Notes: generated from the letters alone by a model not told the origin. 64,000 nucleotides of DNA from Octopus sinensis (GCF_006345805.1 NC_042998.1:1054001-1118000); one strand, 5' to 3'; shown: positions 26,291 through 40,185, numbered from the stretch's first letter. Numbers and translations are program-made.

Positions 26291-26300
26291 TGTATATATA

Positions 26301-26715
26301 TCTATATATATATAAAACTCAACTTGTGTGTCTGTGTGTTTAACTTCCCGGCACATCTCCTCCTAGCCAACAAATCGTAGAACCACCAAAAATGGGTCAC
26401 TTAAAGTTTAGGCGAATGAAAATTGAACTGCGCTATTTCTGTTCCGAAATTCACCTCGCAAGTGCAAAATCCGTTTCATTATTAAGGATGGAAAGTAGTG
26501 TGTAGCAAATCTTATATATAAAGCTGAAGTTGTAAGTGTGTGGCAGGTTTGGTAGCCTTCAACTAACACTATCTCCTCCGAGACCCTGCAGCACAAGTTG
26601 ACCAAAATTGAAAGTATGATAGAAGAAGGTTTGCTCTTCATTCTGTAGAAGATAAAATTCAAATCGGACCATGTTAACACCAAAAATTATTTACATCAAA
26701 AAGGTGCTGTTGTTG
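26301..26715 (+). mobile_element. Possible non-autonomous Helitron-like 5' segments
   Basis: Two successive TC(T)ATATATAAA..(TG)-rich..ATCTCCTCC starts (26301 and 26509); no 3' hairpin/CTAG end seen. Confidence 0.35.
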
Positions 26716-26737
26716 GGCTTATATATATATATATTCA

Positions 26738-26882
26738 TTTATTTGTTCCAGTCATTTGACTGTGGTCATGCTGGATCACCAGTTTTAGTCGAACAAATCG
26801 ACTCTAGGACTTATTCTTTATAAGCCTAGTACTTAATCTATCGGATGTCAAGCGATGGTGGGGGACAAACACAAACACGCAA

Positions 26883-26913
<31 letters not shown>

Positions 26914-27094
26914 GACACACATATACGACGGGCTTCTTTCAGTTTCCGTCTACCAAATCCACTCACAAGGCTTTGGCCGACCCGAGGCTATAGTATAGTA
27001 GAAGACATCTGCCCAAGGTGCCATGCATTGGGACTGAACCCGGGACCATGTGGCTGGTAAACAAGCTACTTCCCACACATCCATTCCTGCGCCT
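26738..27094 (-). mobile_element. SINE S2 with internal deletion
   Basis: Head, core and tail match S2. Confidence 0.88.
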
Positions 27095-27446
27095 ATCAGA
27101 ATGAGATAAAAAAAAATCCAAGGATGTGAAAGATTTCAGAACATTTATAAAAAGGTCTTACAGCTATTTCCGGGATATTTTATATATCCTCCTTTCATCA
27201 GAGAAAATGCAAGAAACTGGTTAAGCAATAGCTATTCTAGAGAAGATATGAAATGCGTAGTGAAGTGGAGGAATGAAAGCAGACGTAAGATACGTAAGGG
27301 TATTGTATCTGCAGTTCCATTATTAAAGCAGAATGGTTTACATAGAAGTTCCCTGTACCTTGTGTGTGAGTTCCAGTCTTATTTATAATGGTCATTCCAA
27401 GCATAGAATCTTGTAAAATGTGGTATTCGATCGAGGGTTATTATTT

Positions 27447-27477
<31 letters not shown>

Positions 27478-27758
27478 ATATATATATATATGTATTATGT
27501 ATGTATGTATGTATGTATGTATGAGGTATGTATGTATGTATGTATGTATATATATATGTATATATATGTATATGTATGTATATAGATATATAAATAAATA
27601 AATAAATAAATATATATATACACACGGGGTTAGGATGGGTAAATTGTCGACTTTTTGTATTTTTAATTTCGCTTATTCGCATTGTTTGTTTTTGATTTTG
27701 TCGACTACACAGTCTAGTAGGGTCAGTTGGCTACCGTCTGTGAGAAAAAGACAGTACA

Positions 27759-28192
27759 ATGATGCAATTCATTCTGCCGAAAATTTAGAAAAGGCATGAT
27801 GTACTGCTTGGCATTCGCGCAGGAAACTTTAATACGAACATTTTAATGTTTGGGTGTCAATCTGAGAACAGTGCAGAGGTTTCGGAAAGAGTTGAATGAA
27901 ACAAAATGTGATGATGAATGTACGGCAGCTCGGAAAACTCACTCTGATCATTCAGATAAGAAAAGAACTCTTGAATTTGTTGGTGAGATCCAGGCTATGA
28001 TTGACGACGATCCGTACAAGTCAATCAGGTCAATCGCCAGGGAGATGGAAGTATCTAAGTTTCCAATCAGTTAGAGGATGAAGACATTCAGTATTCTTCA
28101 TACAAGATGAGGAAGAGTCAATTTTTATCCCAAGCCAGCAAGGACAAGAGGAAATATCGAGCTATGAAGCTTTTGAACAAACTCAAGCATTC
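27759..28192 (+). pseudogene. Tc1/mariner-superfamily transposase N-terminal (HTH) remnant
   Basis: GVNLRTVQRFRKEL..KKRTLEFVGEIQAMIDDDPYKSIRSIAREMEVS..YSSYKMRKSQFLSQ; frameshifts; no catalytic domain. Confidence 0.75.
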
Positions 28193-29381
28193 CAAACTCG
28201 CCGTTGAGTGAGAGATTCACCAACTTAAGCAAGTAGACCGTCCAGAGGATTTGGAGGAGATTCAGAAGTCGTCCGTGGTTCAGTGACGATTTTAAGAATC
28301 AATTTACTCTTTAGTATTTCAAGATATTATGTAATTTTGGTGATATGTCGGTGTTATTTACAAAGTTTTATCTTAACTCTGATGCGCACTCTGTATGATT
28401 TTTTTACTCTTTCGTTTTCTCTCTTTTTCTCTTTCTTATTCTTTGACCTCCTTCTCCCACTATTTTATCCTATTACTCTGTCACTCTCTCTCCCTCCCTC
28501 ACTCCTCTTCCCTTGCTCACGTAGCTCCCACGTGACCATCGGCCATCTTTCTTTCTCTCCGTTGTAGCTGGAACAAGGAAGACGTGTTCTTTTGTGTCTC
28601 CTGTCCGAAGCTTGATTTAGACGTTCGCACCCAGAAGCACGTTTAGGCTTAGCAGCCCTTCTTGTTTGTTTTCAGTGTCCTGTTTGTGTTACCAATTTCG
28701 ACACTCCGCAATTTGCTTTGCGCGTGCAACTCTTTTATCGAAAGCGTATATTGTTGTTAAATGCTCGAAATACGAAACTAGAAAAACAGCCAACAACTGA
28801 TGAAGGGTCGTTCTTTATCTTGTTTGTTTTGTTTTCCCTTTGTGTCTTTCGTTGTTGGAAAGAATAGTTTATGTTCCATGTACTCGTGCTTCGTACTTTT
28901 TTGTTGTACAAGTCTGTGACGTCCTGTGTCCACATTTGCACATGCATGTATACGTATAGATGTATGTACATATACGTATGTATATATGCATATATATTAT
29001 TTATATTATTATATGATAGAACGCCACGCACCCTCTTCTAAGTAAGCTTTATCTTAATAATTCTGGTGCGCACTTTATACGATCTTTTTACTCTTTCGTT
29101 TCTCTCTCTTATTCTTTTACCTCCAATTCTCACGCTATTTTATCCTATTACTCTATCACTCTCTCTCCACAGTCCCCCTCCCTTGCTCACGTGGCTCCCA
29201 CGTGACCATCGGCCTTCTTTCTTTCTCTCCGTTGTAGCTGGAAAGAGGAAGACGTGTTCTTGTTTGACTCCTGTCCTAGATTGAAATACGCGTTCGCCAC
29301 CACAACCTCGTTTAGGCCTAGCAGCTTTTCCTGTTTGTTTTCACTGTCCTGTTTGTGTTACCAATTCTGACCCTCCGCAAG

Positions 29382-29746
<365 letters not shown>

Positions 29747-29975
29747 TATGCTTTGCAGGAGCAACTGTTTTATCGAAAGCGTATATTGTTGGTAAGTGCT
29801 CGAAATACGAAACTAGAAAAACAACCAACAACTGATGAAGGGTCGTTCTTTGTGTTGTTTGTTTTGTTTTCCATTTCTGTCTTTTGTTGTTGGAAAAATA
29901 GTTCATGTTCCATATACTCGTGCTTCGTACTTTGTGTTGCATACGTCTGTGACGTCCTGTGGCCACATATGTATA

Positions 29976-30057
<82 letters not shown>

Positions 30058-30061
30058 TATT

Positions 30062-30236
30062 AGTGAATTGAAGAAATGGAGCTGAATATTAAAATTCAAT
30101 TATCGCACCAACGCACGGTTGCAACACCATATGGTTGTACCTCCAACCTGCTGTCTTCTGCTGTGATTTTTGCTACCAAGGTATCGGTTAAACTTTTGAT
30201 AATCTGCTACAAGATTATTCATCTTTCTATTTCACA

Positions 30237-30238
<2 letters not shown>
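30062..30238 (+). mobile_element. Interspersed repeat (module C), 3' end abutting (TA)n
   Basis: ~150-bp homology to 43185-43335. Confidence 0.7.
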
Positions 30239-30305
<67 letters not shown>

Positions 30306-30309
30306 GTAA

Positions 30310-30370
<61 letters not shown>

Positions 30371-30381
30371 AATATATATAT

Positions 30382-30422
<41 letters not shown>

Positions 30423-30463
30423 ATAGACGTAAGTATGTACATATACGTATCTATATATGCATG

Positions 30464-30499
<36 letters not shown>

Positions 30500-31457
30500 T
30501 AGATATAGATATAGATATAGATATAGATATAGATATATATCTGTATGTATGTAGAAACTGGCCTTATTAACATTTGCGCAGAGCGCCTTAATTTTGATTG
30601 TGCTAACATAATAATTAATGACCATCTTCTTAACAAGCTTGCACTTATATAATTCTACGAATCAACTCGTCTTATATATAACACCTGCTTGATGCTTAAA
30701 ATTCGAAAGTTCTAACATAGAGCTTCATGAGCATAAAAGATCGTCCCGCCATGGGGTACTCCCACGTCGAGAGAGGTATTTTGTATTCAAAGGCCGTGTT
30801 TATCCGGCCATAAAATAGCCCATGTTGCTTCAGATGAGATTTGCTGTTTTGTCATTAATATCCTTCTGCCGCACGTTACTTATATAAAGCAGATGCTTTC
30901 TCACATCCTCTTTTACGAGTTAAGTTTCCTCTCTGGCAGTCTTTTGCTTTTACAGGTTTTGTCATTTGGAAGGTCGAAAATTAAGCATAATCCTTAAAAC
31001 ACGCATGTCAATCTGCTTGCTGAGATGTATTTGCAAGACAGAGCTATATGTGCAAATGTGTGAGCGTATATATATACATTTATATATGTATATATATACA
31101 TTCATATTATAACTATATATGAGCATATATGTATAATACATATGTATTATATATATCTGTATCACGTACATATAAACATAGATGTATACACAGACATAGG
31201 CCTATATATGTATACATAATTTTATATATATATATATATATAATATATATTGTAGTATATGTGTGTGTTGGTTCACGAGCGTGTGTTGATTCATACATAT
31301 TCTGCATTACATTTGATTCATTTCGGTGTTTAGTTTCTTCTTCCTGTGTATAATAGTTTTGCTTTTGTTAATTTTTCTATAAAACCGTTAGATTTCATTT
31401 GCAGAATATCTCACGCTTTGTTCTATAGTTGTCACTTCGTTCTTAGCTATTGCATAT

Positions 31458-31648
31458 ATTGATTTCAAATTCTGGCAGAAGGCCAGCAATTTCACGGGAG
31501 AGGTTAAGTTAATTACATGTATTCAACTGTACTCAACTGGTACTTATTTTATCGACCCGGAAAGGATAAAGGGCAAAGTCGACGTAAAGACGGGCGAAAT
31601 GCCGTTAAACATTTTGTTCAGTGCTAATAACTCTGCTACGTCGCCGCC
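31458..31648 (-). mobile_element. SINE S1, diverged
   Basis: Core and head recognisable. Confidence 0.75.
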
Positions 31649-31986
31649 TTCAATTTTTACATATATTAAAAATTTAATTACACTAATAATAATTAACATA
31701 GAGATATTACTATGAATTTGTTGGGATGTTAATAGGGGGAGGAGAGGACACGATTATATAATTGAGTGGCACTTGAATGTACTTTAACTGTACTTTGAAT
31801 GCAAATACTTGACTGGTACTTGTCTAGTTTTGTCGGTAACAGAAAGATGAAAGGCAAAGCTGACCTGGGTGCGAGTCATTAATCTCAAGCCGAGTCATTA
31901 ATCTCAAGCTGTAAAGCCAGAACAAATGACATCAGGTATATTTTATAATACATATGTTTATGTTTCATATATATGTATGTATGTAT

Positions 31987-32046
<60 letters not shown>

Positions 32047-32457
32047 CGTGTTCATATCCACATATCCTTTGTTACATGAATATCTAAATTCTGTAATACT
32101 ATTCCGCTTATTACATGTGTCTCTGTATTCCGCTTACGATTGTTATTCTTATCTCTCGTAGTCAGACAGACTGATTGTAAGACATCAAAGTAGTGGGGGA
32201 AAGGTAATAAGTCTTAATGGGGTAACGGAAATAGCGACGATCAGAAAGAAGATAAATTAAAATGACGACGTAAGATTGTTTGGTAAAACATTAAACACAA
32301 TAAAGTTCTCAACGAAATATTTTGTTCTGTGCAAATACCAGGATTTTCTAATTCTATCAACTGGCCTTACAATATTTTGGGCTAAATTTACTTCGGCTAT
32401 GTCGTCTAGCTCATCTTCAATATTATTCTCGTTTGTTATTATCAAGCGTTCCAAACA

Positions 32458-32473
32458 GTCACGTGACACCAAT
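32458..32473. promoter_or_regulatory. GTCACGTGAC (E-box/CLEAR-type palindrome) adjacent to CCAAT
   Basis: Motif match only, in non-repeat sequence. Confidence 0.25.
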
Positions 32474-34399
32474 GTGTGAGCAAGCATGCGACTCTTCAGT
32501 TCTACCTGTCTCCTTATTTTGCCATCAGTCTTTTAAATGGTAAATAAAATATATATATTTTTTTTTGATACGGCAATCCTGTCTTCATCCATTTTAAACA
32601 AAAACAAAAAGTATCAAACAACAAAAAGAAGCAACACTCTAGTCTCAACATTACCATGAACCCACCTATTGATTAATTCGATGCCATTAATTACACTTAG
32701 TATTCTTTAAGCACCTTTTTAATCTTTCACTTGAATATCTTTGAAACTTTCTCGCATATTCCACATAGGTTGTCAAGGAGGGGAAGTTTCCCTGTTGTCT
32801 ATTTCCACAGCGGAAGCTTTCTCACGTTAGAATGTACTTAAACATGCCAAATATAACTTTACACACATTTATTATATACAATGTGGTGGCTTGCAACTTT
32901 CCTACACACCCATACGCACGCACGCACGCACACATACACACACATAAACATAGACATAGAAACACACACATATAATTTATATATGTGTATATATGTTGGT
33001 GTATGTATATATATATATATATACAAAGTATGGGGGTTTTACTCACAGGTGAAACGATTAGGCACACTGTAAGCTAAGTGATGTAACGGATTACTGGGGC
33101 TCCAAGGTTATAGCCGAGAACGTAGTTATGGGGCCATTGCAGATTTCCGATGCACCTGATATATAATTGTTAAACAGAACAGTAAACATTAAGGCAGGGC
33201 AAGCATTTCAAGTCGTATTCAATATTATTATAGGAAGAAATTCAAAATCCTACAGCTGCTTCTGGGATATCATACTCGGGAATATTCCAGAAACAGCCGT
33301 AAGATTTACACATATACACATATATGAATGTGTATGTGTCTCTGAGTGTAAGTGTGTGAGTGTATGAATGTATATGTCTCTCTGACTGTGTGTGTGTTTC
33401 CATGTTAGGTACGTTATTAAACACACACACACACACCTATACATACATACACACATGTGACGGCTGACATGCGTGGATGTATGTGTCTCTCTTACTATAT
33501 GTATGTGACTATGTGTGAGTGTATGTGTGCGTATCCTCACATTTTGTATATGAATGTCTGTAAGTGTGTGTGTGTGTGTGTGTGGTTGCGCGCCCCTTAC
33601 GTACGTTATTAAACATTTACATACATCTACACATACATATGTGACAAGAACGGTTGGAGGTGAAACTCTTGACAAAAACGTGGAAGGTCCAACTTATATA
33701 AATCTCTTTTTTGGAAATTATTCTTGGTACCAGAGCTGAAAGTCTATCAAAAGCGACGATTTGCACTCTATTTGTTATCACCAAATCTGATCAATGCATT
33801 CTGTCCTTTCCACAAGAATCCAAATATCATACACTTTATTTAGTGAGATTTCTCCTGTTCCACAGTCAGACGATAATAGAGAATAAAGTGACGTAAAGGT
33901 TCGTCATATCATCCCACTCCTTCGGGTATAACCTCCTCTCAGCTCATTTCTGAGTGACACAGGCCACCTTGTTTGTAACATCTTGCCATTTTTATGCACC
34001 TTGTAATTTGCACTAAATCAGATCCTAAGTATGCTAATTGTTACGAAGGTACAGATAACATACCTGGTATAATGGCAGACACTACTGATCAGCATGGAAT
34101 TTGCTCTCCAGGAACCAAATTATCAACGTTTCCTGGTCAATAGATGTTCAAGTTATCACCTGACAACTGCTTTACTAAGTGCCGACCACCTCGATTTTCG
34201 GTATGTCCGATTCTGTGGTTGTGATACTCTTCAAACATGCTAATTCGACTTTCTGTCTCCTATGTCCAAGTTCGAGTAGAATGGAGTAGAATGCTCTTCA
34301 ACAGCTCCAGCATGGCCAAGTGCCAAACTATACGGAATAATCTAACTCAAAATCATTATGGCTACTGTGGTCAACATCTGTCTTGTAGTCGCCGCTACC

Positions 34400-34615
34400 A
34401 TCACTCTTCGCTAAGTCATCATCATCATCATCATCATCATCATCAACATCCACGTCCTGCCCCTTCCTCAATCTCTCCCACTTCCTCCCCCTCATCATCA
34501 TCATCATTATCCTCACCGCTGTACTACCACCACCACCACCACCAATACTACTACTACTACTTACTACAACCACTACCACCGCCGCCACCACCATCATGGT
34601 CATCATCATCATTTA
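34400..34615. repeat. Compound trinucleotide tract (CAT/CAC/TAC)
   Basis: Direct inspection. Confidence 0.9.
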
Positions 34616-35224
34616 TTGAAGTATCAAAAACAAATCAATAAGGAATGGATAAATGTAAACAGGAAGAACTTAAAGAGAAAATACAAAAATAAAGTAAGAA
34701 ATAAACAAAAAAAAATAGAAAGAAAAAGAGAAAGAGAGAAAGAAAATTAAAAACAGAACTGAGTCTTGAAAGTGAGAAAAAACAATGACACACTAGTTTC
34801 GTGAAAAGCAAAAGAGAATATGTAGAATAAATATATATATAGAAAATGAAAAACTAAAATATTTTACAATCGATAAGTCTGCTGTCAGCTCATATATTTT
34901 TAATCTGTAAAAAAAAACTGATTTAACTCCCAGAAAGAAAATATAGGGGAAGAAACGGTAAATTATATGGGAAAATAATATACGCGAAGAATATGTAAGC
35001 AAAAAGATATATTTACGAAGAATGTATATTAATCACGTGATACGAGGAATAATAAGAGAAAACTGATTAGGTTTTTTTTCCTCTTTTTTATTGATAACCT
35101 TTTACTTTATTTTCCAGGTAGTAAGCTAATTGTCCAAACATAAATGGCAGATATTGTGCCAGTTTGTGCGCGTGCGTAGACAATTACATGTTTATGATTA
35201 TGTATATGTATATTTATATGTGAG

Positions 35225-35258
<34 letters not shown>

Positions 35259-35564
35259 GTGTGTGTGTGGTGTGTGTGTGTGTGTGTTGATAAGGAAATG
35301 AACTTTACGATTCTAATCCAGAAACGGTCGTCCATAATTAATCCGGTAGACTGTGTGGTTTCGTTGTTTTCTTTCTTCTTTTGCCATATATGGGTTACAA
35401 ATACTGTTGTTTGTGGAGACTTATTTTTGTAGTAATAGCAGCCCTTTGACTGCTGTTTCTAATATTTTCGGTATGTGGATTAAGCAACTTGTTGCAAAAA
35501 CCCTTATATAATTATGTATTATAATATAATATATATATATATATAATATACATATATATATATA

Positions 35565-35767
35565 AAGTTAATCCAACATGAAAACACAAAGAGAAAACAC
35601 AACCAACGCGAGGACGTGGAACAAATATAGTATTATTGGACGCTCAGGAAGGAAGGGAAGAAGGAGGGTTTAACGTTTCGAGCGGAGCTCTTCGTCAGAA
35701 ACATAGGACAAAACGATCCAGAGAAGGGAAGACGGAGGGAAAAAAATCGCCAACGGTACACACGCGG

Positions 35768-35770
<3 letters not shown>
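35565..35770 (-). mobile_element. PLE-terminus-like module type B
   Basis: Homologous to 10921-11113; 3' end abuts (TA)n. Confidence 0.72.
35668..35702 (-). ncRNA. Intact minimal type-I hammerhead ribozyme motif
   Basis: GTTT-CTGACGA-A-GAGC(TCC)GCTC-GAAAC-GTT-AAAC: full core, perfect stems I and II, loopless palindromic stem III (AACGTT). Confidence 0.8.
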
Positions 35771-35830
<60 letters not shown>

Positions 35831-35841
35831 ATATATATATA

Positions 35842-36024
35842 GTGAGAATTTAGAAAATGCAAAAGACAAAGACGGGTGTGTAAACAACAGATAGATGTTT
35901 TAGTTTAACGCTCGGGAAGTTAGAAAGCCTTTTACGTTTCGAGCCTACGCTCTTCGACAGAAAGGAACACAGAAATAAACAGGGAGAGAAAATAGAAAAG
36001 GCTTAGTGGCTAGCGATCTATCAT
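35842..36024 (-). mobile_element. PLE-terminus-like module type A
   Basis: Homologous to 10637-10826. Confidence 0.72.
35928..35965 (-). ncRNA. Minimal hammerhead motif with A6>U core variant
   Basis: CCTTT-CTGTCGA-A-GAGC(GTAG)GCTC-GAAAC-GTA-AAAGG; stems I and II are perfect. Confidence 0.65.
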
Positions 36025-36859
36025 GGAGAAAAGTTCAAAATTTTCAAACGTCGTTGTGAACACCTTCGAAGCATTGAATGCTCTCGAACTTAAGCTACAG
36101 GGGAAAAACATCAACATTCTCACGCACCTCAACTCCATTCGAACCTTCATGGCCAAACTCAACCTTTGGCAATGTCGAATTCAACAGGGATATACAGCCA
36201 GTTTTAGTTACTGGGATTCACGGTAACATTGATTCTGAGTTAAAGAAACAAATAATCACTCATCTAACTGACTTGAAAACAGAATTCATCAGATACTTCC
36301 CAGATAGAGAGGAAAAGCGTGAAGCTTGGAAATTCATCAGTAACCTATTTCAGTGTGAAGTGAATGATGTTTTGGATGCAAGAAGACTTTTTTGAGCTGA
36401 AGTTCAACTCCCCAGCTAAGGAAAACTTCAAAGAACTAGATCTTGAAACGTTCTGAATCAAGTCCCTTCCTGTTTACCCTCTGATCTCACATCAGGCTCT
36501 TCGGATTTTAACTATGTTTGGATGCACGTATCTTTGTGAAGCTGCATTTTCCACGCTGTCAAGACCAAGTGCAGAAACAGCTTGAACGTTGAAAGGGACT
36601 TACACTGTGCACTCTCGGCCATTCAACCACGCATTCAAGATCTTTTAGAAGCAGTGTCAAGTATCTCACTTATTGTATAATGTGATTATATATAGAATTA
36701 TACATATTTTGTATAATTCATATTGAATTAAAAAGAATAAAAATATATTTTAGATTTTATTTAAAATCTGGGAGGGAAATTTATTGATAGATCCAAGGGG
36801 GGCGTGGAGAAGACAAATACCTGGCGGAGGCGTGGCAGTAGAAGGGTTAAGAACAACTA
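36025..36859 (+). mobile_element. hAT (Charlie/Buster-type) transposon 3' remnant
   Basis: LELKLQGKNINIL..FMAKLNLWQCR; ALRILTMFGCTYLCEAAFS..KTKCRNSL dimerisation-domain motifs; end GGTTAAGAACAACTA followed by CTCTAGAC (NTCTAGAN-type target). Confidence 0.85.
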
Positions 36860-37334
36860 CTCTAGACTGTGAAAAACAAGTAATCCTGAGAACGGACTGG
36901 CGTCCCTTCTGGAGGCGGAGGGGAGAATATATATACCATGGAATACTCGAAACTGGAGTTGGGAGAACCTTTGATCACTTTGATATGGAAGAATAATACA
37001 TTTGTACTCTACTAAAGGTACTGAGCAAACCTTCAGTTTCATGTAAGATTATTTTTATTATAATATAAAACAATTTGGCTGAGAGTAAGACTTAGACTCA
37101 CCTTGTAAACACTAATTGTTTAGAACAATATTTTTCACACCTGTTATATTTCCAAATATGCATTATTATGTTGATAATACACACATGTATTCTTTCAAAA
37201 ACTTCGCATATTTGTAATTTATTGCTTCCAACATAAAGTTTATCACAACAAAAAAAATAATTTTACACTGTCTCTGTCAACTCGCGGAGACAATTATTAT
37301 TACTACATGCTATTACATATAAATATATATATAT

Positions 37335-37378
<44 letters not shown>

Positions 37379-38164
37379 ATAGATATATATATATATACAT
37401 ACATACACACACGCACACACCACACACATATATATATATATACATATGTACTTATGTCTATGTATATATGTATATAAACATATGAATATATATGTGCATG
37501 TAGAAATGGTCGTGCGCGTGTGCATTATGTATTTTCTCTTCTCTTTCTCTCTCTTACTCTCTATCTCTCTCTTTCTCCCTCTCCCTCTCTCTTTCCCTCT
37601 CTTTCTCTCTCTCTCTCTCCCTCTCTCTCTCTCTCTCTGCATATACACTTCACATTTGCAGAAAAGAATGAAAGCAAACCGTTAGAAATTCTCCCTCTTC
37701 GACTTTCACACATACATGCACACACAAACACACACATCAACACACACACACACACGCACATACACACGTACTCGTACTCATATATATTTTTCTATATATT
37801 TAGTTCTATTATTTTTTAAACTGAAACAAATGTCACATGACTCGAGGGCACGAATTTCACTTTCGTCTAAAACAAATCCTCAACATGTAATATTGCACAC
37901 TGCTATCTCATTATATATATATATATATATTATATATATCTATATATATTATATATATTTATATATTATATATATATATTATATATATACATATATATAT
38001 ATGCACATATATATGTGTATATATGTATTAAATATATGTATAAGGCATATATATATGTAAGCTTGCTTGTATGTGTGTATGTACATATGTATGTATTTAC
38101 GTTTGTTATCATAGACATGCATATATATCCATACATATATACATATACATACACACACACACAC

Positions 38165-38207
<43 letters not shown>

Positions 38208-38698
38208 ATATATATATATATATATATATATATGACGTAGATGCACTAATGCGCGACGAATTTCTATAGACTCGAGTAATAGGTTCGTTAATCTCCCACA
38301 GTAGTATAGTGTTATCACTGGATTAGAGCTATTACGCAATCGACAGAAGCACATATGTAATTTAAAAGGACAACCAGAAAAGAAATAGTCGGTATTTCAA
38401 ATAATTCATTACGATCGCTTCAGCTGTCCTTTTAAATTCTCCCTCTCTCCTTCTCTCTCTTCCTTTCTGGCTTTCTCCCTCTCCTTTTCTCGCCCTCTCT
38501 CTCTCTCTCTCTGAATATATATATATATATATAAACATATATACATCAAATATATATACGTATAAGTATATATACACATATATATATATGTATATATATA
38601 TATATGCATATATATATATACTACATTATGTATAATATATATATATATATACATATACATACATACATACATACATACATACATACTACATACATACA

Positions 38699-38733
<35 letters not shown>

Positions 38734-38752
38734 GTGTGTGTGTATGTGTCTA

Positions 38753-38787
<35 letters not shown>

Positions 38788-38793
38788 TATATC

Positions 38794-38825
<32 letters not shown>

Positions 38826-39241
38826 TGTATCTTCTCACGTACAAACGCAAACGTATCTATATACAGTGAGAGACCAAATGGTAGAAGGAAAGCGAGTTAG
38901 AAATGGTTCACAGCCTGCCTACACATTGTATGTTTCAAAATGTTCGTGGAAAGGCTGAGACAAATAATGAAAGAATGTGGTAGTTATGACGAAGCTAGAA
39001 GTTCAAAGGTTAGTCCAGAAGACAATATATCATATATAAAGCTTCATCTGTGTTAATAATTATTCTGTCAGTGACATATTTAATATATCTACAGTGGCCA
39101 GTGGGAAAAGTTTATCTTCCCTGTTCCAGGACTAGTAAAGAAATTTCATACTATGAAATTAAGGGAAAATTTAAAACAATTATGGTATATTATTGAGTAA
39201 ATATGTGAATACATACACATAAACACACCACCATTAATTTA

Positions 39242-39279
<38 letters not shown>

Positions 39280-39471
39280 ATTATATATATGTGTGTGTGT
39301 GTGCTTGTGTGTGAGTGTGCTTACGTAATATTTACTCATAGATATGTGTATGGGTGTGTGTACGTGTGCCCTTACAAGTGTGTGTAAACGTTTCTATTAT
39401 TGTGTGTGTGTGTGTATGAGAGAAAGAGAGAGAGAGAGTGAGAGAGAGTGTGTATGTGTATGTGTGTGTGT

Positions 39472-39657
39472 AGGACGACCAGCTGACAGAATCGTTAGCA
39501 TGCCGGGCAAAGTGAGTAGCGGCATTTCGTCTGTCGTTACGTTTCGAGTTCAAATTCCGCCGAGGTCGACTTTGTCTTCTATCCTTTCAGGGTCGATGTA
39601 ATCGACTAGTCCCTTCCCGCCAAATTTGAGGCCGTGTGCCTTTAAGTAGAAAGGATT
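39472..39657 (+). mobile_element. SINE S1 with tail a
   Basis: Head, core and tail present. Confidence 0.85.
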
Positions 39658-39890
39658 ACTGTAGGCTTGCATGTATGTAGCTATGTAGCTTTAACAAGAC
39701 AAAACATGCAAAAAAAAAATGAACGAAATAGTTAAAATCCTACATTAACCTCGAATTGAAACGCTCACTTCTCTCTATTTCTCTGTCTTACTAAACACAC
39801 ATACACACATATATGCATGTATGTATGTATGTATGTATGTATGTATGTATGTATGTATGTATGTATGTATGTATGTATGTATGTATGTAT

Positions 39891-40185
39891 GTGGAGGCGC
39901 AATGGCCCAGTGGCTAGGGCAGCGGACTCGCGGTCGGAGGATCACGGTTTCGATTCCCAGACCGGGCGCTGTGTGTGTTTATTGAGCAAAACACCAAAAG
40001 CTTAACGAGGCTCCGGCAGGGGATGTTGGCGACCCCTGTTGTACTCTTTCGCCCCAACTTTCTCTCACTCGTTCTTCCTGTTTCTTGAGTAACGCTGCGA
40101 TGGACTGGCGTCCAGTCCAGGTTGGGGGAACACATACGCCATAGAACCGGGGCCCTGAGCCTGGCTAGGCTTGAAAAGGGCGCAA
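39891..40185 (+). mobile_element. tRNA-derived SINE family S3 (V-domain-like)
   Basis: GTGGAGGCGCAATGGCCCAGTGG head, GGTTTCGATTCCC, core GCTGCGATGGACTGGCGTCC. Confidence 0.85.

Noticed and set aside
27164-27284. Plus-strand 121-nt open exon candidate (LFPGYFIYPPFIRENARNW..)
   Set aside because: Weak polypyrimidine tract, no partner exon, peptide not recognised.
28798-28865. CTGATGAAGGG (also 29832) as a hammerhead
   Set aside because: No GAAA placed to close stem II together with a valid stem I and NUH in type I, II or III topology.
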